Origin: Phycisphaerae bacterium
GTDB taxonomy: Bacteria > Planctomycetota > Phycisphaerae > UBA1845 > Fen-1342
Length of the DNA: 64,000 nucleotides
Assembly (NCBI GenBank): GCA_050115495.1
Contig: JASFQK010000002.1
Location: 32,001-96,000, forward strand
Direction: 5' to 3'
The translations under genes were made by a program, and so were the position numbers. The first letter of the stretch is position 1; each line of letters opens with the position of its first letter. Positions 56,736 through 64,000 of this stretch are shown piece after piece. The notes under the pieces are model-generated. The model saw nothing but the letters and a program-made list of their open reading frames with translations. It searched no databases and had not been told where the DNA came from.

Positions 56736-58667
56736 TCAGCCTGACGCCGTGGCCGTCTTCGGCGGGCGGAGCCAGCGGATGGCCGTGGCCACGACGATGC
56801 CGGCGGTCACGACGAGCACGATAATCGTCACCACCGCCAGCACGGCCGAGTCAGGCCAGTCCGGCAGGAACTTCACGGTCAACTCGCGGATCAGCATCGT
56901 GACGGCGGTGGCCAGCATGAACAGGGCGGGTAGTAGCGTGTACCAGATCGGCCGGCGGTGGCTCGCCAGCCAGATGGTGGCCACGATCAGCGTCAGCGCT
57001 GCCAGAAGCTGGTTCACCGAGCCGAAGAGCGGCCAGACTTTCGCGTAGCCGTACAGGGCCAGTAGAAGCATCAGCCCGACGGCGATGCCCGAATTCACCC
57101 AGTACTGCCGGAGGAACAGCAGCAGCCAGCGGAACGGCCCCGAGGTCGGCACGGGGGCGGTTGGTAGGTTCGGCTCCGTCGCGTAGCGAATCGCCGGCGG
57201 TTCGACCGTCAGACCGCCCGTCCCGGTGATCTCGATGGCTCCGCGGTCGGTTTCCTGCGACGCGCCGGCGCGGGCTTGGGCGGTGGCGGCTTCGGCGAAG
57301 ACGTCGTACCGCCCGTAGAACGTCGCCCACGCTTCCTCGATCATGTACCGTGTCAGGCGGATCGCCGTGTCGAGCGTGGTGACCAGGAATCCTTCGAGCA
57401 GGAGCATCGCCCCGACCGTGCCATAGGCGACCGGCACGCCGAGGCCGGTGTACGCGGTGCGCCCGACGCTGACGGCGAAGGTCAGGATGGGGTTGCCCTT
57501 GGCACCGGTGGGCCAGCAGTAGTCGGTGTAGCCGGTCTTCGTGAGCCCGACCATCATCGCTGCCACCACGCAAACCGCCAGAAAGCTCTCCAGCAGCATG
57601 GCATAGAAGCCGACGCGGCGGGCGTCGGGTTCGCTCTTGAGCTGTTTGCAGGTGGTACCGCCGGCGCAGAGGCTGTGGAAGCCGCTGACCGCCCCGCAAG
57701 CGATCGTGACGAACAGCACGGGCCAGCCCGGGCCGAGTTTCCTGCCGGCTTCCGCCCAGTTGTTCATCGGGATGGCGTCGCCGCTATTCAGTACGCCTCC
57801 GCCGCGCGCGGCCGCCGCGATCAGGGCCACGATCAGAAACACGATCCCCACGTAGAGGATGTGCACGTTGATGAAATCGCGGCTTTGCAGGAAGAGCCAC
57901 ACCGGCAGGCCCGCTGCGATCAGCACATAGCCGGCGATGAGCCACTGCCAGGTTTGCGGGCGGACGGCCATGGGCCATTCGAGGCCGATGGCGATGGAGA
58001 TGGCGCAGATGCCCATGGCCAGCAGGCTGCACACCCACACGGGCGTCTTGCGCTTGATGTACAGGAAGCCCAACAGGGGCGAGAACGCCGTGATGACCAC
58101 GACGGACGTGCTGGCGATGCCGCCGATGACCGCCTCGCCATCCTGCATGCGGAACATCGTCTGGCCCGCCTCGAGCTGAAGGGCGGACAGCGGGACCATC
58201 GAGGTCAGGGCCTTTGCCGACAGGTCCAGGAACGACGCACAGACCAGCACCAACAGGGCCACCAGCAGCACGAGCATCATGACGAACGCCGCCGGGCCGA
58301 TGTAGCGGCGGGTGACGACGGCGAGGTTCTTGCCGCCTTCGCGGACGGCGATGTGCGTGGCGACGAAGTCGTGCACGGCGCCGAGGAAGATGCCGCCCAG
58401 CAGGATCCAGATGAGCGCAGGGCCCCAGCCGTAATAGATGGCGAGGACCGGGCCGATGATCGGGCCGGCGCCCGCGATCGACGCGTAGTGGTGGGCGAAG
58501 ACGACGGGCGTCTGCGTCGGGACGTAGTCGCGGCCGTCGTTGATGGCGACCGCGGGCGTCTGCCGATCACGCCGCTCACCGAGGACCCAGGCGATCAGCG
58601 GCGCGTAGAACCGCGCGCCGAGCCAGAGGCACCCGGCACTTCCGCCCAATATCAACAGGATGTTCAT
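56736..58667 (-). CDS. cstA: Carbon starvation protein A family peptide/pyruvate transporter
   Basis: TPAVAINDGRDYVPT, HHYASIAGAGPIIGP, GAVHDF, TIACGAVSGFHSL, TTLDTAIRLTRY, WPLFGSVNQLLAAL. Confidence 0.93.
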   Translation of the reverse strand: MNILLILGGSAGCLWLGARFYAPLIAWVLGERRDRQTPAVAINDGRDYVPTQTPVVFAHHYASIAGAGPIIGPVLAIYYGWGPALIWILLGGIFLGAVHDFVATHIAVREGGKNLAVVTRRYIGPAAFVMMLVLLVALLVLVCASFLDLSAKALTSMVPLSALQLEAGQTMFRMQDGEAVIGGIASTSVVVITAFSPLLGFLYIKRKTPVWVCSLLAMGICAISIAIGLEWPMAVRPQTWQWLIAGYVLIAAGLPVWLFLQSRDFINVHILYVGIVFLIVALIAAAARGGGVLNSGDAIPMNNWAEAGRKLGPGWPVLFVTIACGAVSGFHSLCAGGTTCKQLKSEPDARRVGFYAMLLESFLAVCVVAAMMVGLTKTGYTDYCWPTGAKGNPILTFAVSVGRTAYTGLGVPVAYGTVGAMLLLEGFLVTTLDTAIRLTRYMIEEAWATFYGRYDVFAEAATAQARAGASQETDRGAIEITGTGGLTVEPPAIRYATEPNLPTAPVPTSGPFRWLLLFLRQYWVNSGIAVGLMLLLALYGYAKVWPLFGSVNQLLAALTLIVATIWLASHRRPIWYTLLPALFMLATAVTMLIRELTVKFLPDWPDSAVLAVVTIIVLVVTAGIVVATAIRWLRPPKTATASG

Positions 58668-58757
58668 GGAACGCCTCCGTGATGTTCAAGGGAGACGAGT
58701 TGTCCTCCGCAATATAGCCAGCGCGGCTGTGACGTACAATCGCAACCGGTTGTGCGG

Positions 58758-59903
58758 CTAGGTGTGCTCGCCGGTCACGAGGTGCTCGACAAAGTCGGCG
58801 ATGGCCCGGGCACGCGCCGGCCATGAGTTCGCCTGGGCGAAAGCGATGCGAGTTGCGGCGTCGTTGGCTGGGGTCGTTGCCGCTGACCGCAGCGCCGCGG
58901 CCAGCTCCGCCGGTGTGCGGGCCACGTGCAGGAGGTCGCCGAACGTGTCGGTGTCGGCGACGGGCGTTGTCACGACCGGTTTGCCCAGGGCGAGGTACTC
59001 GTAGATCTTGACCGGGTTGGCGGCGGTGGCGACGTCGCCCGGCTGGAAGGGGACCCAGCAGACGTCGAAGGCCCGGACGTACGCCGGTACACGCTCGTAC
59101 GGCCGGCGGCCAAGCAGGTGCACGTTGGGTAGGCCGGCGATCTTCTCGACGGCGCCGCGGCCGTCGTGCGGGCCGACGAAGACGAAATCGAGCTCGGGCA
59201 CGGCGCGGATCGTCTCGGCCATCAGGTCCCACGCCAGCCAGTCGTACATCGCCCCGACAAAGCCGACGATGGGGCGTTCGGTGGGCAGGTCCGTCGGCTG
59301 CGGGTCGCGGGCGGCCAATGCGGCGAACCGCTCGGCGTCGACGCCGTTGCGGACCATAAGTTGCGGCAGATCAGGCCGGCGACGGCGTAGGTCGGTGGCC
59401 AGTTGCTCGGCCGTGACGATCGCTCCGTCGGCGCGGGCGACCAGCTCCGCTTCCCAACGCATGTACATGTCGTGCAGCGACGCACGCGGGACGTGCACAC
59501 TGGGCTCGTCGATGCAATCGTAGACGACGGCGCGGAACGGCAGGCTGTCGAGCCAGGGCGCCCACACCGGCGAGACGACCAGGGCGGCGGCGCGGTCCCA
59601 ATCCAAAAGGCCGTCCAACTGCCGGCGGACGGCACGGGCCCGCCGAGCGCTCCACGCATTGACGCGCTGCGCACCGAGCAACGGCCACAGTCGCCGCGGC
59701 GCCGCCGGCCAGGGCCGCACGACGCGGACAGACTCCGCTGGCCGTCCCCACGGGCACAGCTTCTCCATCGCCGTCCGTACATACGGCACCTGCACGAACG
59801 TCGTCGGCTGGCCGAGTTGCTGCCACGCTTCGGACAGCATGCGCGTTCGCCCCACGAGCGGGAAATTCCACGTCACGGCGCTGAACGAGACCAGGTGGAT
59901 CAT
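58758..59903 (-). CDS. GT-B glycosyltransferase (GT4-like)
   Basis: VVYDCIDE, VRNGVD, VGFVGAM, FDVCWVPF, NPVKIYEYLALGKPVVTT; ATGA overlap with the upstream GT. Confidence 0.9.
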   Translation of the reverse strand: MIHLVSFSAVTWNFPLVGRTRMLSEAWQQLGQPTTFVQVPYVRTAMEKLCPWGRPAESVRVVRPWPAAPRRLWPLLGAQRVNAWSARRARAVRRQLDGLLDWDRAAALVVSPVWAPWLDSLPFRAVVYDCIDEPSVHVPRASLHDMYMRWEAELVARADGAIVTAEQLATDLRRRRPDLPQLMVRNGVDAERFAALAARDPQPTDLPTERPIVGFVGAMYDWLAWDLMAETIRAVPELDFVFVGPHDGRGAVEKIAGLPNVHLLGRRPYERVPAYVRAFDVCWVPFQPGDVATAANPVKIYEYLALGKPVVTTPVADTDTFGDLLHVARTPAELAAALRSAATTPANDAATRIAFAQANSWPARARAIADFVEHLVTGEHT

Positions 59904-62419
59904 GGCTCCTGTGCCCGCGGCGGCGGCCAGCCGGCCTGCTGAAGGTGCTCGATGACGGTGGTGACACGCTGTGGCCAAGAGTTCTGCCGGGCGAGCTCGG
60001 CGAGTCGCGCGCGAGCTTTCGGCTTGCACACCTCTTCGCTCGCCGCATCGAGGGCGGCGCAGAAGCCCGCGGCGTCGGCGGCGATGTGCACTTCCGGATG
60101 CCGCTGGCACTCGGGTAGCGGCGTCGTTACCACCGGCTTGCCCGCCGCGAAGTACTCGTAGAGCTTCAGCGGCGACGTGGCTCGCGTGATGTCGTTGATG
60201 CGGAAGGGGATCATGGCCACATCGAACAGGCGGACGTACGCGGGCAGGTCTTCGTACTCCCGCGGCCCGAGCCGCACGACATTCTCGCAGCGCGAGAGGC
60301 CGCTGCTCGCGAGGCTGCCGTCGTAGTCCGGACCGATGAGCAGGAACCGCCACTCCGGCCGGCGGCGGGCCACCTCGGCGAGCAGGTCATAGTCGAACCA
60401 CTTCGCCAGCGCCCCGTAGTAGCCGGCGACGAGGCCGGTATGTTCCCGCAGCGGGGCCAACGCCGGATCGGCTGGTGTGCTGGCGGCCGGCGCGGCGAAT
60501 CGGTCCACCTCGACGCCGTTGGGCAGGTAGACCGCGTCCGGCCGCGGCTTCAGCAGCCGTTCGAGCGCCCGGGCGACGTAGGTCACGACCAGCGCCTCGC
60601 GCAGGGCCCGGCGATGGTTGGCGTGCAGCAGGCGCTGTCGGCCCGGGTGCACCGCCGGTTCGTCGATGAGGTCGTAGAGTGTCCGCGTGCCGGGGGCGAA
60701 GCCGTCGACGTGGTGGTAGTTGTAGCAGAAGCACCATAGCAACGGATCGGGGACCGCTCGCAGTGCGTCTATCGGCCCGCGGTACACGTACAGATTGGGC
60801 TCGACTTCGCGGCAGCCGGCATAGTGGCCGTCGCGTTTCCCGCCGACGTAGATCACGCGGAAGCCCCGGCGGGCGAAGTGGCGGGCCAGGTGGTGCGGGC
60901 GCTGATAGAGATCGACGTTCCAGTCGATGCCGCGCGGGAAGATGATCGTGCCGTGCGGCGCGGGTCGCCGGGCGAGGACGTCCGCGAGCGCGTGCACCGG
61001 CCCCGGCACGAGCCGGGCGTGCAACGTATCGAACCGCGCCAGCCAGCTATTCTCGCAAGCCGCGGCCAGCAGCCGGTGACGGTGCTCGCGGTCGGCCCCG
61101 AGCTCGCGGGCCCGGTCGAGGCAGTAGACGAAGTCAGCGGCGTCGGCCGCGGCGAGCACCAGCTCGTGGCGGATGCACTCCGGCAGCGGCGTCGTCACCA
61201 CCGGCTTGCCGGCGGCCATGTACTCGAACAGCTTGATCGGCGACGTGGCCCGCGTCAGGTCGTTTAGCCGGAACGGGATGATCGCCACCGAGAAGCGGTG
61301 CAGGTACGCCGGCAGGTCCGCGTAGCGCTTCTCGCCGAGCACGTGCACATTGGGCAGGCGCGTGGCGTCCTGCCGGGCCAGCGCTCCCTCGTAGTCCGGG
61401 CCGATGAGCACGAATTCGCAGTCCGGTCGGCGGCGGGCGACGTCCCGCAGCAGCTCGAAATCAAACCACGGGGCGAGCGCGCCGTAGTAGCCGATCAGCG
61501 GCCGGCCCGAGCGCACCAGGTCGGCGAGATCGGCGGGCACCGCCGGCGCTGCCGCCGCGTGGAAGTGGTCGAAGTCGGCGGCGTTCGGGCAGAGCAGCAC
61601 GTCGGCCCGGGTTCGCCGGGCGTCTTCGTAGAGCTCGGTCGCGGTGGCGCAGACCACGGTCGCCGTCTGCAATAGCCGCTCGTGCTGCTGGCGCAGGCGG
61701 CGGCCGACGCGGCCGGTCGGCGAGTGGATCGAGAGTTCGTCGAGGTAGTCGTAGATGATGGACGGGTCGCGGAAGCCGCGGGCGAGGCGCTCGTCCTGCG
61801 GCTTGCTCAGCAGCACCAATGGCTCGCGTAGGCTGTAGAGCCAGTCGATCTGGCCGCACAGGTACAGCCGTTCGCCGACGCGGGCGAAGCCGGGGACGTA
61901 ATCCGTGCGAGTCTGCGGCGGGCAGTAGAACGCGAGGTAGCCGGCACGGGCGAACTGGCTCATCAGGTGGTGCGGGCGCTGCTTCATCCAGCCCCAGTCG
62001 GTCAGGGCGGGGTGGACGATGATGCCGCGGCGGTCGGGGTGGCGGGCCAGGATGGCGGCCAGCTCTTCGGCGGGGCCGGTGATAGCGCGGCCGCGCAGGT
62101 GCCGGGGCCGCCGGGCTAATACGTCGGCCAGGGTCCAGAACCAGCGTGCCCGGCGTGTGCCGTAGGGAGCCAGAAGTTGCCGGAGCTTGCGGGCTCGCCG
62201 CTGCCAGCGCCACTGTCGCGAGGTCAGTAGGGCACTCAGGGCCGCCTGCAACCGGTCCCGCTCGGCGGCGAGCTCTTCGAGCTGCTGCACCACTGCCGGC
62301 GGGAGGCCCTCGCCCGGGCTGACCTCGGCGGCCCGGGCGGCCTGGAGCGCGTCCAGGTCGCGCTGGGCGGCGGCGACGCGTTCGTGCAGAGTCTCGATGG
62401 CTCGCTGCGTGGTGGACAA
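59900..62419 (-). CDS. Tandem two-domain GT-B glycosyltransferase with N-terminal coiled coil
   Basis: Two copies of QRPHHL / YD.(L,I)DE / GYYGALA.WFD / TSP.KL.EY.AAGKPVVTT; N-terminal heptad region. Confidence 0.9.
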   Translation of the reverse strand: MSTTQRAIETLHERVAAAQRDLDALQAARAAEVSPGEGLPPAVVQQLEELAAERDRLQAALSALLTSRQWRWQRRARKLRQLLAPYGTRRARWFWTLADVLARRPRHLRGRAITGPAEELAAILARHPDRRGIIVHPALTDWGWMKQRPHHLMSQFARAGYLAFYCPPQTRTDYVPGFARVGERLYLCGQIDWLYSLREPLVLLSKPQDERLARGFRDPSIIYDYLDELSIHSPTGRVGRRLRQQHERLLQTATVVCATATELYEDARRTRADVLLCPNAADFDHFHAAAAPAVPADLADLVRSGRPLIGYYGALAPWFDFELLRDVARRRPDCEFVLIGPDYEGALARQDATRLPNVHVLGEKRYADLPAYLHRFSVAIIPFRLNDLTRATSPIKLFEYMAAGKPVVTTPLPECIRHELVLAAADAADFVYCLDRARELGADREHRHRLLAAACENSWLARFDTLHARLVPGPVHALADVLARRPAPHGTIIFPRGIDWNVDLYQRPHHLARHFARRGFRVIYVGGKRDGHYAGCREVEPNLYVYRGPIDALRAVPDPLLWCFCYNYHHVDGFAPGTRTLYDLIDEPAVHPGRQRLLHANHRRALREALVVTYVARALERLLKPRPDAVYLPNGVEVDRFAAPAASTPADPALAPLREHTGLVAGYYGALAKWFDYDLLAEVARRRPEWRFLLIGPDYDGSLASSGLSRCENVVRLGPREYEDLPAYVRLFDVAMIPFRINDITRATSPLKLYEYFAAGKPVVTTPLPECQRHPEVHIAADAAGFCAALDAASEEVCKPKARARLAELARQNSWPQRVTTVIEHLQQAGWPPPRAQEP

Positions 62420-62577
62420 GACGACACCCGTGCGATGGGGTTTGCGGGCAAGGTTAGGTGCGGGCGGCCGCCAGCGTCAAGCCGCCGTTGGACACGGACG
62501 GTAGCCGACGGTAGATTAGCTGACAGGTGTGAGCCCTCAGGTCCGCACCTGAGGGGCGTCACGTCGGGACGCGTTGC

Positions 62578-63342
62578 ATGTGGGGAATGCGCATGGGGAT
62601 CAGTAATCGAAAGGCGGCCGCGGCGGCTGCGCTCGGCGCTACCGGTCTGCTCGTGGCGATCGCGACGTTGGCCCTGGCCGGGGACGAGGGCGCGCCGGCA
62701 CGGGTGGATTGCGGCGGTCTGCCGCAGGGCGAAGTCATTCGCGTGGTCAGCGGCGATATGGTTATCGTGCGCGACGGTGGCGAGGCCCGGCGACTGCGGC
62801 TCGTCGGTGTCCGTGTCCCCTCGCTGGCCGAACCGGCGGGACGGCAGGCCCAGCGCTTCCTCGCGGACCTCATCGCCGGCGAGCAGGTCTACATCGAGTA
62901 TCCGTCCGGCCAGCCCGAACGCGACAAGTCGCTGTGCTACCCGGCGTACCTCTACCGGGCGCCGGAAGGGCTGCTGATCAACCTGGAACTGGTCCGCGAC
63001 GGCTATGCCGACGTGGCCGACGGCGAGTTCGTCCAGCGGCCGTTGTTTGAGCGCTACGCCGGGCGAGCCCGGGAGTCCCGCCGGGGGCGCTGGGCCGCGC
63101 CCGTCGATGTCGTGACGGATTCACAGCCAGCCGCGGGTCGAGGTGAGGCTGCAGGCGAAGCGGGTGAGCAGGCTGCCGGCGGAACCGCTGACGGCGATGA
63201 GATCGTCTACGTAACGCCGAGCGGGAAGAAGTACCACCGGGCGGACTGCTACCACGTGCGGAACAAGGGCACGCCGATGACGTTGCGGGAGGCGAAGGCC
63301 CGCGGTTACGAGCCCTGTTCGCACTGCAAACCACCGCAGTAG
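62578..63342 (+). CDS. Thermonuclease (SNase)-like exported protein with C-terminal Cys/His metal-binding domain
   Basis: VIRVVSGD, RLRLVGV, INLELVRDGYA, ARESRRGRW; tail VYVTPSGKKYHRADC...GYEPCSHCKP; start may be 62593. Confidence 0.8.
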   Translation: MWGMRMGISNRKAAAAAALGATGLLVAIATLALAGDEGAPARVDCGGLPQGEVIRVVSGDMVIVRDGGEARRLRLVGVRVPSLAEPAGRQAQRFLADLIAGEQVYIEYPSGQPERDKSLCYPAYLYRAPEGLLINLELVRDGYADVADGEFVQRPLFERYAGRARESRRGRWAAPVDVVTDSQPAAGRGEAAGEAGEQAAGGTADGDEIVYVTPSGKKYHRADCYHVRNKGTPMTLREAKARGYEPCSHCKPPQ

Positions 63343-63355
63343 GCCGCGGCGGGGA

Positions 63356-64000
63356 TCAGGGTTCGGCCGGCTTGTCTTCGCGCGGCTGGCGCTTCTGGGC
63401 GAACAGCCACTTCCACAACTCCGCGTCGTCGTAGGCCTGGTCCCAGACGTTGTGGCCGCCGGCGGGATACTCGGTGTACTGGATGTTCCCGCCTTCTTTG
63501 CGAATGGCCGCTACGAATCGGCGGGATTGCTCGACCGGAACGTGCGTGTCCGCCGCACCGTGGAAACACCAGATGGGGATGTCCTTCAGGTGCGGGGCGA
63601 GCTTCTCCGGCAGGCCGGTGTCCTGGCCGAGCTCCGCGAAGCCGCACACGGGCACCAGAGCGGCGAAATTGGCGCCGTACCGGGCACCGAGCAGCCACGT
63701 CCCATGCCCGCCGAGCGAGAGGCCCGTCAGGTAGACGCGATCCGGGTCGAGGCGATATTCCCGAGATGTGATTTCCACACAGTGCAAAGCGAGTGCGGCC
63801 ATCTGATCCGTCCAGGCGGCGCCCGCCCGGCACTGGGGCATCACCACGATCGCCGGGAAGTAGTCACGATGCCGGCGGATGGCCCGGCCGATGCCGACGT
63901 CGGTCTGGAGGAAGCCGTCCTTGCCGCGTTCGCCGGAGCCGTGGAGGGCGAGAATAACGGGCCAGGAACGCTCGGGCGTGTATTCCGGGGGGACATAGAC
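63356..64000 (-). CDS. Alpha/beta-hydrolase (predicted peptidase/esterase), 5' end outside the window
   Basis: Open frame to the window edge: VYVPPEY...WPVILALHGSGERG, RVYLTGLSLGGHG, WCFHGAADTHVP, YTEYPAGGHNVW. Confidence 0.88.
   Translation of the reverse strand, partial: VYVPPEYTPERSWPVILALHGSGERGKDGFLQTDVGIGRAIRRHRDYFPAIVVMPQCRAGAAWTDQMAALALHCVEITSREYRLDPDRVYLTGLSLGGHGTWLLGARYGANFAALVPVCGFAELGQDTGLPEKLAPHLKDIPIWCFHGAADTHVPVEQSRRFVAAIRKEGGNIQYTEYPAGGHNVWDQAYDDAELWKWLFAQKRQPREDKPAEP

Overview
GC-rich bacterial chromosomal window. Gene content points to Planctomycetota, probably class Phycisphaerae (inference from the dockerin-like C-terminal GDLNCDG repeats, planctomycete-type LptD, orphan pilin-like protein and very long FliD). 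I can support 48 protein-coding genes and no rRNA, tRNA, CRISPR array or transposase. Housekeeping and envelope genes include ugd, a UDP-GlcA decarboxylase, amrS, DUF368, dgt, thiE, purF, lptD, fliD/fliS, clpX, cstA, a GldA/F/G-DUF4340 ABC module, two LemA modules and glycosyltransferases. Three observations stand out. (1) An uninterrupted tandem array of four paralogous uncharacterised membrane proteins (44702-48641) sits between lptD and fliD, with near-invariant termini and strongly divergent transmembrane hairpins. (2) A translationally coupled REC / HD-GYP / PelD-like degenerate-GGDEF operon lies next to UDP-xylose synthesis genes. (3) A shared sigma28-like promoter motif (NNAG-N15-NYCGATA) precedes that operon, an orphan pilin, a DUF5658 gene and fliD. 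A gingipain-like C25 protease with a dockerin tail and GTAG-type REP/REPIN elements are also present. All product calls come from motif recognition by eye, not database searches; several starts were moved from the ORF track to better-supported codons.
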